From the human T2T-CHM13v2.0 reference genome, Homo sapiens: 64,000 nucleotides of DNA. The notes beneath the pieces were generated by a model. It was not told where the DNA came from and ran no database searches. It was given only the letters and a program-made list of their open reading frames with translations. The position numbers and the translations under genes were made by a program. Shown one piece after another: positions 31,470 through 60,731 of this stretch; the first letter of the stretch is position 1; each line of letters begins with the position of its first letter. The DNA lies in NCBI RefSeq assembly GCF_009914755.1, contig NC_060928.1; one strand, given 5' to 3'.

Positions 31470-32197
31470 CTGCCGCAAGCCAAATAAATAATTTGAGAAT
31501 TTGGATTATTTGCTAGAGTTGTGTGAATTTAGCAAGAAATAGTTAATTTTCTTCTGCCTTTTGCATTTGTTTTACCAAGAAGAGAAAGAGAGTTGGGCCT
31601 TTGAGCTTACTTAGTAGTAAATGACAGACAAATCCTAGCACTGGGAGTAATTCCATTTCCATTTCCCAAGTCTGATACTACAGAGTGATATGGCCTCCTT
31701 CCCACCTTATTGTATGAAACTGCCTTTGGGAGTTACCTTATCCAAGTTCACAATAGAACACCCCATTAGTCATGAACAACACCTATTAAAAAGCCAAAGA
31801 GTCTTAGAATTCCTCTGTAAAGTTATTCATCTCAGGATTTTTATTTTTGACATTCAAAATACATTTTCAGGAATCCAAATTCCCAGCCAATACTAAATCC
31901 CCATGATTTGACTCCTTCACCTCCCCAGGAAAATACATTCCTAGCTTCTCCTAATTGCTTAGTGGAACATCACAGCCATGATGCTTACTTCTCATGGCTG
32001 GGACTTCCCACTGGCAGGTTGGATGGATAATGATACAAGTTCCTGCCCACAAAGGTATGCTTTGAGAAAATGTAAAAGTTCAAAACAAATATGGAATACT
32101 AAAGCAGTTCATTATATATGCTTTATAATTAGTCACATAAGAGAAAATCTGTCCATAAGTCTGACTGTTAGATGAGAAGAGCATTAAGTTTACATAC

Positions 32198-32322
32198 ACA
32201 GTACAGTTGGTGGTAGAAACTGCAATCCTGTTAAGCTGTTCTTCAAAAAACTCTGGTCAGCATTTCAGTTCACGGCAGGACACATTCAAATGATGAAGCT
32301 GCCAACCACGCAAGCCTAGGTC
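32198..32322 (-). pseudogene. Candidate pseudoexon, phase 0: DLGLRGWQLHHLNVSCRELKC*PEFFEEQLNRIAVSTTNCT
   Basis: Acceptor tttccttagttgtttcatag; donor |gtatgt (32198) or |gtgtat (32200); single TGA. Confidence 0.52.
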
Positions 32323-32560
32323 CTATGAAACAACTAAGGAAAATGTCCTTAAATCTTGCTTTTGGCTGCAGTAGGGCATCATTAATTTTGCTCTCCATTT
32401 TAAGAATAAGAGTATTTTTCCCACCACAAATTTGAGTTTAAGTACTTAAACTTTTGGATTTAAAATAAATTTTTAGTGAATATCCCAGAAATGGAAAACA
32501 TACACTTAAAATCCGAAAGGAGTGTTCTAACCATTATTATATGTAAAACTCGCTTTCCAC

Positions 32561-32714
32561 CTGATACTGTTCTTATGCCCAAGCCTTCTTCTGTTTATCC
32601 CTCACTTGGATCTGTATATGACAGATATCAGAACAGAAATAAAATGATTATAAATCTAGATTATGCTGAAATGAGCAATCCCCTTTATTATACTTATGGG
32701 ACAGCATAATGTAC
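32561..32714 (-). pseudogene. Candidate pseudoexon, phase 2->0: YIMLSHKYNKGDCSFQHNLDL*SFYFCSDICHIQIQVRDKQKKAWA*EQYQ
   Basis: Acceptor atttttctgttag; donor CAG|gtggaa (alternative |gcgagt at 32554). Confidence 0.42.
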
Positions 32715-32979
32715 CTAACAGAAAAATTACGTGAAAGTTGAAATGGGCAAAAGAGATTATTGGGTGTTCTTTCAGTGCAGCAGTGGGCTTGATATTTGTT
32801 TGTTTGGAGCACATTACAACTCTGTAGGAGCGAAGGTTAACTTACAGATTTTGTATATTAGAGATGTGGATAGTTTTTATCTAGTAGAGTGGATAACCCC
32901 AAAGCTAATCACCTTGTAAGACATTAACCAGTTTAATATCTAATCTAACAATTTTATCCTAATGTTAAAAAAATTACAA

Positions 32980-33060
32980 ATAGATGAATACATAGACAGA
33001 TAGATGACGGATAGAGAGAGAGATGATAGATACATAAATAGATTATATACAGATACATAT
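32980..33060. repeat. Degenerate (TAGA)n simple repeat
   Basis: tagatgaatacatagacagatagatgacggatagagagagagatgatagatac. Confidence 0.7.
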
Positions 33061-33389
33061 CATAAGTATTCTTTGAATCAATAACATTTTACTGGTTCTT
33101 CATTTATTAGTGAGTTAAATAGTATGTTTATGTATGATCATTATATATTTGCCCAGTAGTCACGATTTTAAACTTTGGCAATTATAACTGATATATCATA
33201 AATTATAAGTTTAAAATAATAATAATGAACACAAATAGTAAAGCTATCAATGCATAAGTTTAACATTAAAACATTATGGAATAGTAGAGGCCTCAAGAAA
33301 CTCCTATTCCATTTTTTTCTAATTTTAGTATCCTAAACACTATCTCCTTAACACTTCTTAAACTAGATTTCACTGAAGTCACTGAAGCC

Positions 33390-33900
33390 CAAACTACCAT
33401 CATCTCTTTGCAATACCATCATATCCTCCTAACGGGTCTCCTCACTTCCATTTATGTCTCTGTCTTGTCTGTTTTGTACGTAGAAGCCAGAATGCTCTTT
33501 TAAAAGACATTTACCTTGTTATGGCACTCCCAGTTTAAAACACTTCAGTGGTTATCTATGGCCCAAAACATAAAATCAAAATACTTTAACTCCCATTTTC
33601 AAGGTCCTGCATGATTCAGGTTACATTTCACAAACCATTTCTCTGGTTATTGCCTCTTCATTCTCTAGGTGAGGGGGTCAGCAAACTTTCTAATAAATAT
33701 CTCAGGCTCTTTAAGCCATTCAATCTCTTTTGCGATTACTTACTCTGCCATTGTACCACAAAAGAAAATCTTTAGCTACCCTCTGCTCTAGGACACATGG
33801 GCCTTCTTTCACCACCTTCAATTTGTTCAACATTTTTCCTGCCCCAGGATCTTTGCTCACACTGCTCCTCACCTCCACCTGGAGTGCTTTCTTTCTCCCA
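33390..33900 (+). mobile_element. L2 fragment interrupted by a MER58-like (Charlie) fragment (about 33672-33770)
   Basis: L2 'accatcatctct...ctcctaacgggtctcc...agccagaatg'; MER58-like 'ggggtcagcaaacttt...actctgccattgtaccacaaaa'. Confidence 0.55.
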
Positions 33901-34309
33901 ACTTACTTTGCAATCTGAGCAGCTTGCTCATACTCTTAAGACATGGGCCTGCTTCTCACATTTATGTACTTTACTCCCCCTACAGGCATCTGAGTGTGTA
34001 GCCTTTGTGAGAAGCTTACATCTGGAAGGTTCTAGGTGAAGTCCTGTCCTTCTTCCTCCTCAGAGACAACAGTACTTCCCCAAAGTCCTGGGGCAGATCT
34101 AACGTGAAGAATGTTCTGGTACCAGGCTGAGCAGAACAGAGCTTTGCAATGACTGAGTATCTCAGGATTTCCAAAGGGGAGATACCTTTGGGCTAGGAAA
34201 CTGGAGCTAATTTGCTTAGCTTCTGCAAACCTTTCACAGCGAGGATGATCAAACTAGTGCAACCAAAGGTTTTCGTTTGTTTGTTTTCTCTTTTAAAAAA
34301 CTGTCCTTA

Positions 34310-34631
34310 AATTAATTAATGGCGTTTGCAGTGACCTGGATGGAGTTGGAGACTATTATTCTAAGTGAAGTAACCCAGGAATGGAAAACCAAACATCGTA
34401 TATTCTCACTGATATGTGGGAGCTAAGCTATGAGGACGCAAAGGCATAAGAATGATACAATGGACATTGGAGACTTGCGGGGAAGGGTGGGAGGGGGAGA
34501 GAGATAAAAGATTACAAATAGGATGCAGTGTATACTGCTTGGATGATGGGTGCACCAAAATCTCACAAATCACCACTACTCATGTAACCAAATACCACCA
34601 GTACCCTGATAACTTATGGGAAAAAAAAAAA
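34310..34631 (+). mobile_element. 5'-truncated L1PB1-like 3' end
   Basis: L1PB 3'UTR plus poly(A); TSD aaaaaactgtcctta at a TTTT/AAAA endonuclease site. Confidence 0.88.
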
Positions 34632-34744
34632 AAAAAACTGTCCTTAGTGTTAAAAAAAAAAAATGCACCACATCTCCTTTTCTACAGATACAGCTGGTAG
34701 AAGATCCTATTCTGTGGAAACCCTTTTGAGAAAATCAAAGTTAA

Positions 34745-35097
<353 letters not shown>

Positions 35098-35503
35098 CCA
35101 GAATTGAATTCTTAAATCATTTCAAAATTTATCTATTTTGATGTGAATTTTCTAGTTCTCTGCTCTTCTTTCACATAAGGTGCTATCCAAAAGGCAACCA
35201 TAAAAGTAAATGCTAGTTACTTGATACTAAAATCTGGTCCCTCTAGAGAAATTATAGCTTCTGGCATCCATACTTAAAGCACAATGCTAGTTTTTACATG
35301 TTCATTGTTAGCATCCAAATTCTAGCCATTTCTTAGAAATACACAAGAATGAAATACTGTTTTGACTTTTATGCAGAACATGAAACTGTCCTGAAAAGTA
35401 CTGCAGCAAAGACTCTAGCCTATTTCTTAGAGTAGTAACAATGGACTTGCCCTGGAAGGTCAAGTTTCTTTCTATGGTAGTCCATGAGAGGTTGAAGATT
35501 TAC

Positions 35504-35568
35504 CTCAGAGGGCTCGGTGCTGAAGGTTTGATAAATTGGAGCAAAAGCCTAGGGTCATGTATTCTTCA
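35504..35568 (-). pseudogene. Candidate pseudoexon, 65 bp (phase 0->2: *RIHDPRLLLQFIKPSAPSPL)
   Basis: Acceptor cactttccttttctag; donor GAG|gtaaat. Confidence 0.5.
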
Positions 35569-35936
35569 CTAGAAAAGGAAAGTGATGCTGCTATAGAAAC
35601 CAGGAGGACATTAAGGAGGAGGAAAGTAAGTGAGGAGAGCAGTTGGTGTTAACAAAAGACTTCAGGGACTGATGTCCATGTGATTGACATGTTAAAGCCC
35701 CTCAAATAACAAAGCTTTCTCCATTTCTCCCACCATTCTTAGATGGAGTGCTGCGCTTCTGAGACACCTCTTTTGGAGGTCTATTTTTCTTCTAAGTTTG
35801 ATATTATTGCTCATTGTTTTTAATCAAATTTAACTTATAATATTTCAGAGGTAAAGGAGTAAAGATATTTTATAAATTTTCCTAGATGCCCTTTGAAGTA
35901 GGTCTCCCAGTTCAATGCTGTCCACGATCCACTCAC

Positions 35937-36047
35937 TCCTATCTATAATCCATTAGGAAATGGACTCATTAATGTCTTTAACCTGAGTGGTCCCAGATTA
36001 GACAACTGTTCCATTTTTAGCCTATTGTTTCTATTCCTATTCCAAAC
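35937..36047 (-). pseudogene. Candidate pseudoexon, phase 0->0: VWNRNRNNRLKMEQLSNLGPLRLKTLMSPFPNGL*IG
   Basis: 111 bp; acceptor tatcacag; consensus donor |gtgagt. Confidence 0.5.
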
Positions 36048-36439
36048 CTGTGATACTACCAATCTTTTGCTACCTTTATGTGTGAGGTGAGATTTGATTT
36101 TGGCATGCTTTGGGATTAATAGGTGTATTGAATCCCCACACCCCAATAGCAAATTTCTAGTTCTGTTACAGCGCACAGCAGAATACCACATGTGGCAGGT
36201 CCTCAGGGTATCATTCTTAATTCAATTTCATTGTTTTATCTTGAAATATTAGTGTTTTGCATATTCATTACTTCAACAATCCTTCCTACATCCTGAGCTC
36301 TGGGGTTTCATTTACAGGATGACCATGAGTTCCTTTTCCCCCTCTGCTTTGTGAGTTGGAAACTAGAGTAAATTCAGAAAATATGTGTAAGTTGGTGTTT
36401 TCTGGATGACACTAGTGGGTTTCTTTCCATTCTTTTAGC

Positions 36440-39400
36440 CACTTTTACTTATTTTGTAAACAGGTATTCACAAGTTTCACAGTCAGAATGCTATAAAAAT
36501 ATTTATATAGAAAAATCTCTCTCATCCTCTTAGTTCACATTGTTCCTTGGTGCTAATACCTTCTCATTAGTTTATCATATATACTTCTAATATTTATGCA
36601 CATATATATTCTTATGTGCCCTATTCTTATATAAAGAATAGCACACTGATAACTCTGTTCTCTAACTTGTTCTTTTCACTTAACAATATATCTTAGAAAT
36701 CTTTCCATATCAGTAAAAAGAAAGGATCTACTTCTTTTCTCTTTTTCCCTCTCTTCCTCTCCCTCACTCCTGCCTTATTTCCTTTTTTCTCTCTTTCTTT
36801 TCTTTTGGTGTGACTACATAGTGTTTCATTTTGTGGCTGAACCATAGTTTATTTTACCAATATCCTATTGATGTACTCCAGGGAAGTTTCTAAACTTTTG
36901 CTTTTACAAATTACTATTAATGATCTTATACACCATGCCATTTTCTGTGATTGTAGGTAAATTTGTATTCTACATTTCCAGAAGTAGCATGACTGGTTTA
37001 AAGGATACGATTTCGGTAAATTCTGATAAATGTTCTCCATAGAAGTAGTAACATTTTACACTCTCACCAGCAATTTAAGAGTGTATTTGTTTTCCAATAG
37101 CATCACCAAAAGAGATTGTTATCAAACTGTCCAGTTTGGGCCAATCAGGTTGCATGATATCCCAGCATCATTTAAATTTTTTTCTTTTATTATGAATGAA
37201 GCTGAACATATTTGCATATGTGTATTCATTCATTTATTTTTAATAAGTGAATGGAGCACATTTTTTGTTTTGTAAACTGTCTATTCATGTACTTTGCCAT
37301 TAAAAAAAAAAAACTGGCTTGCTTATCCTAGTTTTTAGGAGCTCTTTTTATAATATGACTTTTGGGTTTTGAATCACTGTAAGCTTTGGCAAGATTAGGA
37401 ATTCACCTTGTAATATATAGGAAATTCTAAAGTTTCATATTTTACAGTTAAAATCTGTTTGGAATTATTAATTCCATAGACTCCTATGAGGAAAGGATTC
37501 TTTTTTTTTTTTTTTTTGCCAGATGGCTACACAATTGTTCCAATACCATGTCTATCTTGACATATCCTAAACACCTATATATATTTGAGTCTATTTCTGG
37601 ACTTTTCTATTTTGCATTATTAATCTATCCATGTGTTCCTGCCCTAGTACCATGTTGTTTTACTTTTGAAATATTACACTTTATTTTAATAACTGAGGGG
37701 GCTACCCAATTCTCATTGCACTTTTTTTCAATTTTCCTACTTCCTTGATTTTTATATAATGTCAAGATAATAATTAAGTTATCCAATTCTAAAGACAGAC
37801 ACATTTATAATTTACTTGGGAATTTATAAATTAATCAGAAAAATCACATATTAAAGTTTCCTACCAAAGAGCATAATATGCTTTTCTATTTATTCACATC
37901 TACTTGGTATCCTTCAAGAGTCTCATAAAGTTTTTCTCATATGAGCTTTTAACACATTTTTGCTCAATTTATTTCTAGGTAGTACATTGTTGAAGCTATT
38001 ACAAATGTTAGCTGTATATTTAGAGATATAATTTTTACATCCTACTGGGGCAGTGGGGGAAGAATCTTTTCCTTTTACCCTCCTAGGTTCTCTGGCTAAA
38101 GCCCTGTAAAATAGATGAATGAAATACAGATTAATAAGAGAAAAACATACATTTATATAACATAAGTCTTACATGACACTGGAGCCTTCATAAGGAAATG
38201 AAGATCCCAAGAAGCAGTTAAGCCTGAGTGTTTTTATGTTAGCTTTGACCAAGAGTGGAAAGTTGTCGAAAAATGTGATGGGACAAAGGGTCTGAATGAA
38301 GGTTAGGAAACTGGAGGGAATGGCAAGGTCTGTTTACTCAGACTGCTCTCAGAGCCCCTCTGTCGTTGGAGACGAGGATGCTCCTTTCCTCTGGGTAGAG
38401 GAAGGGCACCTCTCACATGAGGGTCTTATGACCTGCTTCAGGGGAAGGTCAGAGAGTACTTCCTGTACCTGGCATTTCTCAAGTTCCTTCAGCTTAAAAG
38501 AATCAATATGCCAAAGCACCATATTTGGGGATAGTGTGTTCTACACCTTGTCACCCTTATCTTATGGAATTCTCTTATTCTTTGCAGTAGTTTTCCAGTT
38601 GAAAGTGCTTAGGCTTTGCACTTTTATAATCATATCATCTATACGTAGGAATAGATTAGCTCCTGCTTTCCAACTTTAAATATCTAATTTATTTCTTTAG
38701 TTGCATTGGCTAATATCATCAGTATAATATTAAATGGCAGCAATGTTATTAGGCAATCTTTTCACTGACTAGCAAAAAATGCATTTAGTCTTATATACAC
38801 ACATCTTATTACAATATATGTAGCTCCTAGTAAGGAAGTACCCATCAATTCCTGTTAATTTTTTCTTACCAATTCCTATGTAATTAAATGTTTATTTTTA
38901 AATCAAGAGTGAATGTTGAATAATTGCTTATCAAGATATATGGAGATAATTTTTTTCCTCAAATTTATGTAATATATTTTATTAATATATTTTCTAATAT
39001 TGAGCCATCCTTATATTTCTGGGGTTGTTTCAGCTTTACTGATTTTTAAAAACTGTTCTGATTCAGTTTTGTGAATCAATTTTAAAATCTATAAAAATGT
39101 AAGTGAGAATAATCAATTTATACTTATTTATATGTTTGGTCTTTGTATTATTTCTTTACTTATAAATGTTTTTCAGTATGTTTGCTTTTTAAAAAAAATA
39201 TGTAGTTCTAAACCTTAAAAAGTTTTATTTTTGTTCTAGTGGTTTTCTGAGCTCTTGCATGTTCAAAATTGTCTTTGATCTCCAGGCCCACTTCAAATTC
39301 TCCAATTATGTAATCATTCTCTCCCTTTATCTGTACTGAATTGCTTCTCCCTGAGTTATTATACTTGCATTTTGTGATCTTCCATTAACTTTCAAGATTT

Positions 39401-39515
39401 CTGTAGAATAGATGGTTTAAATTTTTTATATTCTTTATGACAATATTTTTTAGTGAGTTTTCATCATCTGTGGGAAAATTGAGCCACTTTTCCCCCTACA
39501 TTTTCCTTTACAGTA
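36440..39515 (-). mobile_element. Ancient L1ME-type LINE fragments (probably resume at about 48367-48660)
   Basis: 'ttttcacttaacaatatatcttagaaatctttccatatcag', 'tcctattgatg', 'ttacactctcaccagcaa'; T-rich degenerate ORF2 antisense. Confidence 0.65.
38043..38553 (-). mobile_element. MER34-family ERV1 solo LTR
   Basis: 'ttccttcagcttaaaagaatcaatatgccaaagcaccatatttgggg...tca' terminus. Confidence 0.75.
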
Positions 39516-39523
39516 TGTTTGTT

Positions 39524-48358
<8,835 letters not shown>

Positions 48359-48899
48359 TGTTTGTTCCTATAAAGGAATGTTTTCTAGAGATCTCTGAAA
48401 TCTGCCCTCACCAGAAATGTAACACTGTCCTGAGGCACGATTTCCTGCCTCTGATTGGAGCCACACTTCTTACTCATCGTCTGCAGTTTTGGAGTTGTAT
48501 ACATTTTCTAGTGTTACATAAAATGTTGTTTGTGGGGATTTTTTTTTGTTGTCATATTTCCACATTATTTCTTTGTATAGTATTCAAGAGAAGTGGGAGG
48601 TTCAGAACAAAATTTTTTATACTCTTAATAGAACCAGAAGTCCTGCAAATGTATTTTAAACATTTATTTCTTTACAGAAAAATTCTTCTGTGTAGATATG
48701 ATAGATTGACACCTTGCATCCCTTCCAACCTTCTTCTGGCGCATCTTCCTGTACTCCTGGATCCCTTGCAAAAGGGTTCTTTCTGGTTGCTAGCTTGAAG
48801 TTCTGGCTATCAGAAGTAGTCATACAGGATTTTGAAGGCCAGTGAGGCATAGGCCATCTGCCTGCTGTTCAGCTTTTCAGCTGGGAAGCACAATCCTTG

Positions 48900-49580
48900 A
48901 GACCTTTGGGTTTTTCTTCATCAGAGATTTAGCAGCCAGTCACTTGCTTTATTGGTGGTGAGATGCAGCTATGGCAGCTGCAGCATCACATCCTCTTCTC
49001 TGGATCTAGCTTAAGGTGGTGTGCTTTTGGGTTTTTTGTTTGTTTGTTTGTTTGTTTTGTTTTGAGACAGGGTGTCTTTCTGTCACCCAGGCTGGAGTAC
49101 AGTGGGATGATCAAAGCTCACTGCAGCCTCGACCTCCTGGGTTCAATTATCTTCCTGCCTCAGACTCCTGAGTAGCTGGGACTACAAGCATGCACCACCA
49201 CACCCAAATAATTTTTGTATATTTTGTAGAGGTAACATTTTGCCATGATGACCAGGCTAGTCCTGAACTTCTGAGCTCAAGCAGTCCACCCACCTTGGCC
49301 TCCCAAAGTGTTGGGATTACAGGCATGAGCCACCATGTCCAGCCCAGCAGTGTGCTTTTGAAGTCAACAATTTCACTAGCAGCCTCCTGATTCTAATCTT
49401 CCTGATTATATGGTGGCAGAAACTCTTTTGGCAGGCCAGTTCTGCGGTGTTGTTCCGAAGTGTGCTTCTCTGGCCTTTCCTAAGATTTTTAAGCAACCGA
49501 ATGCCTTTCTTTTTGTAATTGCTAATTTAGTTTTGGCTTTCTGCACTCGGACCTTGTTTTGTGCAGTTGCTACTTTCAAA
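48900..49580 (+). mobile_element. Probable ancient ERVL-class LTR upstream of the ERVL internal sequence
   Basis: 'ggccagttctgcggtgttgtt' LTR41/52-like segment immediately 5' of gag remnants; boundaries uncertain. Confidence 0.4.
49032..49344 (-). mobile_element. AluJ
   Basis: 'gatcaaagctcactgcagcctcgacctcctggg' AluJ pattern; TSD gtgtgcttttg. Confidence 0.9.
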
Positions 49581-49949
49581 ATTATTTCAGGCACAGAAGC
49601 CTCAAGTATGAGACACTGAGTTTAGTTTTCTTACCTACTTGAGGACAATTCATTTATCAATAGAAAATAAGACAAGGCACACAAGGGCAAAGTATTCATT
49701 TAAATTATCCCCTGTGACTCCCTGGAATAAAGGCCTATTGAAGGCAAGGTTTGGGAAGGCTGAGTGGCAACTCTGGTGGACCATTATGGCAAGAATGTGA
49801 AATACCAGGACTTGAGAAGAGGTGGCTTTTTTTTTTTTTTTTTTCAGATTTCTATAAAGCTTTAAAGAAAAAAAGAAAACATAAAGCTTAGGATTTTAAG
49901 TTCTTACTTCAATTAGCACAAAGAACCAGCAACCTTCTGAGTGCCTTAA

Positions 49950-50055
49950 AAATATATATATAAAATATATATATTATATATAAATATTTTATATATTTTT
50001 ATATATATAAATATTTTATATATATATTTATATATATATATAAATATATATATAA
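49950..50055. repeat. (TA)n / AT low-complexity
   Basis: About 100 bp of pure A/T. Confidence 0.9.
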
Positions 50056-50653
50056 TCTCTTGAAATTTCAGAGCCAGTATGACCAAAAATCAAATATGGT
50101 GTCCGATCTTACAATGTAAGTTGAATTCATTGTCTTTTTAGTCTCTTACATTAAATTTAGAGTATTAATTGGGAAAGAGAGGGACTGAGAATTGGAAAGA
50201 AGACATTTGGTGGGGATTTAGATTAATCTTAGCACTCTGCACCCAAGCTTCATAGAATCTTGCTTGTTAAAAGAAGAGGAAGCTTCTCCTTCCTTTCTCT
50301 AGAGATCAGGGCAAGAAATGTCTCTATTGAAATGGGATTCTTTGTTTCAGTGCAGATGATGATAGCAGAAGCTGAAAAGCAACTCTCAATCATCAGAGCT
50401 AAGGTAGGCATGGTTACCATAGTAGGCAGCAGGGTTAGGAGTGGCAACCACAATGGTTTAGAAAATTTTGGCAATAGATACTGGGGATAAATGGGTATCC
50501 TCAAACTGAAATAGAAGGGCAGCTGATCAAGATTCTAAAATACTCTGGATCTAGCAAACACAGCAGCCTGATTTGACTTATCACAGGAGAAGCATGGTTT
50601 CTCATTCAAATTCCAGAGGCCCATTAATGAAGAACGCTTTTGAGAAAAAGCAT

Positions 50654-51076
50654 TGTCTCAGTGTGTTTACTGCTGCTACAGAGTAATACCTGAGGCTGAG
50701 TAATTTATAAAGAAAAGAAGCTTATTTGGCTTATGGTTCTGCAGGCTGTACAAGAAGCATGGCACCAGCACCTGCTTCTGGTGAGGGATTCAGGCTGCTT
50801 CCACTCATGGCAGAAAGCAAAGGGAAATGGATAGGTGCAGAGATCACATGGCAAGACAGGAAGCAAGAAAGGGAGGGGAAAGGTGCCAGGCTCTTTTTAA
50901 CAACCAGCTCTCATGAGAACTGATAGAGTGAGAACTCACTCATTACTGTAAAGATGACACCAAGTCATTCATGCGGGATCCACCCCCAGAATCTAAATAC
51001 CTTCCACTTGGTCCTACCTCTGGCATTGGGGATCAGATTTCAACATGAGGTCTGGGGGAACAATCAAATCATAGCA
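50654..51076 (-). mobile_element. MSTB-type MaLR solo LTR
   Basis: 'ggttctgcaggctgtacaagaagcatggcaccagc', 'gtgagaactcactcattac'; TG...CA ends. Confidence 0.88.
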
Positions 51077-52235
51077 AGTGCTGTGATGAGGCCCTTTATT
51101 GAAGTCACTGTGTACCTAGACTTTCAGGGATTACTGGGCTCTGCTCTCATGCTAAGCCTTGTTGCTTAAATATCACTGTGTGCTACCAATTACATTGGTG
51201 CTTATGAAGCTCATGGGATAAATACAGTTTTGGCTTGAGACACAATGGCTCCACAAACATACCCTTGTTATTTTTTGCCATTTATGAATATAGATTTTAA
51301 ATTGGAATATTTGGCAATTGGCAGAATATATACATTGGCTTATTAACTTAAAGGGCAATTGCTATTTTGATCAAAGTGCAAAAAGGAAGCATCTGAAAGT
51401 ACACTTCCATACCAAAAGAGTTAATCAAAAGCAATATAGTTTTTCTGGAGAAATTACAGACATTCACGTTATCCCCAAACATTTGAAAGAAACAGAGGTG
51501 GTATTTCCTATCATATTGTCTTTAAACTTGGTTTTTGGTCTTTCAGAATAAAAAAGGATTTTCCTGAAATTAATAAGGTGGTGACTCAAATTGTAATGGC
51601 TCTTCCAGATGTGTTATATTTATAAGAGCAAATCAACACCATCCTTAGCATATGGTATGCAGCCATTGATTTGGAAAATGCTTACACTGAACCAGCTGGA
51701 AAGACTTCTCATGCTTAGGGTCAAGCAAAGCTGGCAGCTTTATGGATTATCTGGAGGAGAAACACACACACACACACACACACAATCTATGTTACTTTCA
51801 AAATCAAAATCCTTTATAAATGCCCTTCAAGCCATATGCCTCTTCTTCTTAGCAGTAGTGGGGAGTGGGACAAATGCAGCAGTTTATGCTTCATTTGGAA
51901 GTCATGTTCTGATATGCCTCAGATTCCACAAAACATTATTGAGTTAAAAGAACTCTGAACTTTCCTATGTTATATGTCTTTCTGGCATATAACTGTTTTA
52001 CTAAGGCATTCAGAATGTCTGCTACTTCCTGCTCACAAAGGCCTATCATCATGAGATCATCAATAGACTTTAAGTTTACCAGCAGTATGTTCTGCAAGGT
52101 TGGTAATTCCAATAAAATGTGGTTACAATTTTAACGTTGAGGAGTAGATTTTACCTGCTTTATTTTTGATGAATATCTCAAGTACTTAGAATTTTGCTGG
52201 CATGTAATAGGCACTCAATAAATATATATGGAAGA

Positions 52236-58562
<6,327 letters not shown>

Positions 58563-58574
58563 TTAAATGCATGG

Positions 58575-58668
58575 AAAGAAAGAGAAAGAGAGAAAGATAG
58601 AGAGAGAAACAGACAGAGAGGGAGAGAAAGAGAGAGAGAGAAAGTTAGAGAGAGAGATAGAGGAGAAG
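58575..58668. repeat. GA-rich simple repeat
   Basis: (GA)n/(GAAA)n purine tract. Confidence 0.9.
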
Positions 58669-58959
58669 ACTGGTGAGATGGCCAAATTCTCTATATACTA
58701 AATTATCACAAATATCTGGGTAGACCTAGTCCCTGATACAAGATAGGGGAGGTATACTCTTTGGGAAAAGTAAAGGTCTAGTGCTCTTTACTCATTTGGA
58801 CAGAGAAAAAGGATTTCCCAGATCAATATCCAGAAGCTGATTGCAGTAACATTACCCCGCACTAAGTCTTGGCTCAAGAAGGAGGGTGGTGAATAGAGAT
58901 GCTCACACTAATAAGAGAGAAGAAGGGTGGAGTGTGATCCATTCTCCAAAGGTGCACAC

Positions 58960-59075
58960 CATCACTTTCACTTTTCTTCCCCAAGTACAGCCCAACTTCC
59001 AGAGAAGGAGATCAGGCTCCATTTCTTAAAGGAATAAATATAAAAGAATTTGTGGAGATATTTTAAACCCACCAC
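58960..59075 (-). mobile_element. MLT1F-like LTR 5' fragment
   Basis: 'aggctccatttcttaaagg...aaagaatttgtggagatattttaaacccaccac'. Confidence 0.6.
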
Positions 59076-59094
59076 GGACAAATTATGAATACAG

Positions 59095-59538
59095 AAATAT
59101 AAGGCACATACTGAGAGAAAATATTCACAATACCTATATCTGACAAAGGATATATATGTTATATAAGAATAATATAATATTCTTAATATAATATAGTACT
59201 ATTCTTATATGAACACAATCAACCCAATAAAATATAGGCCAGAGTTTTGTACAGATACTTTGCAAATAAAATGTATGAATGGCCAATTAGCACAAAAAGA
59301 GATACTTAAATGTGGTACAACTACATACCCACCAAATGGCTAATGTAATATTCTCAATATTAAATTTTGGTACATGGAGCACCCGGCCCTCTATAGATTT
59401 CCTGTGTGAGTGTAGCATGATATAACCACTTTGGAAAACTTTTTAGCAGTTCCTTATGAAGTAAACATATACTTACATCATGATCTAGCAGTTCTACTTC
59501 TAGGTCTTTACCAAGAGAAATCAAGACTATGTCCACAA
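59095..59538 (+). mobile_element. Old L1M ORF2 3' fragment
   Basis: 'tatctgacaaagga', 'aaccactttggaaaac', 'tgatctagcagttctacttctagg'. Confidence 0.65.
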
Positions 59539-59947
<409 letters not shown>

Positions 59948-60009
59948 CTACTTTTTTGAAATAATAAATAAAATAAAATTCAAAAGAAGAAAAGAATACA
60001 ACTTTAGAT

Positions 60010-60731
60010 GATGAGTAGGCTGAACACTCCTAGGGACACTGTGGCTGCAGAAGGGAGCTACCCCCTGTGGGTCTCCTCTGAGCTGTTCTACTATTCAATA
60101 AAGCTCCTCTTTGTCTTGCTCATTCTCCACTTGTCTGCTTACCTCATTCTTCCTGGTCATAGGACAAGAACTTGGGACCTGCCGAATGGCAATGCTGAAA
60201 GAGCTATAACACAAACAGGGCTGAGACATGCCCCTTGCTAGCCACCATGTGGGTGAAGAGAAGGAGAGAAGAGCTGTGGCCCTTCGGAGATCCCAGACCT
60301 GGAGCTCCCTGAGCCAGGGCTGTGACTTCCTCTTTGGGGCCCTGTGGTTCCTGGTATCTCCAAGCGTCTGGGTGTCACCATGTTCCCTGGTGCCAGCTGG
60401 GGAAGCTGCTTGTGGTATGCTTAGTCCAGCTGCAGCCTCACAGAGAACTGGTGCCCATGCAAACACCTGGAGCTGCCCACCCTGTGGCAGCAGTTGACAT
60501 GTCTGACTGCACAGTGGCTGGACCCCACGCTCACACACCCCTCACTGTTCCACACCTGACTTGTAGTCTCCCGTGGAGGTATGGGATCCAGGGTGGTAGC
60601 ATGAGCTGAGCATAGCCTGCCAGACTGAGTGGGGAGAACAAGCCCAGCAGGCCCTAGCAACACTTGGGAAAAGATGCCACTGACCACAGTGGTTTCCAGC
60701 CTGAAAAGTGACCCCCAAAGATCCCACAACA
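60010..60731 (+). mobile_element. MER52/LTR1/LTR28-family ERV1 LTR, 3' portion
   Basis: 'caataaagctcctctttgtcttgctc', 'gagctataacacaaacagggctga'; ends gatcccacaaca. Confidence 0.8.

Larger units (their letters stand above)
49581..51685 (+). mobile_element. Degenerate ERVL internal region (gag and RT remnants)
   Basis: gag-like RVLIGKERD/NWKEDIW at about 50160-50210; RT-like VNQKQY...HLKETEVVFPI and NKVVTQIVMALPDV..EQINT..WYAAIDLENA at about 51420-51680. Confidence 0.78.

Noticed and set aside
48656-48900. Possible additional minus-strand pseudoexon
   Set aside because: Weak splice sites and wedged between L1M and an ERVL LTR; may be LTR sequence.
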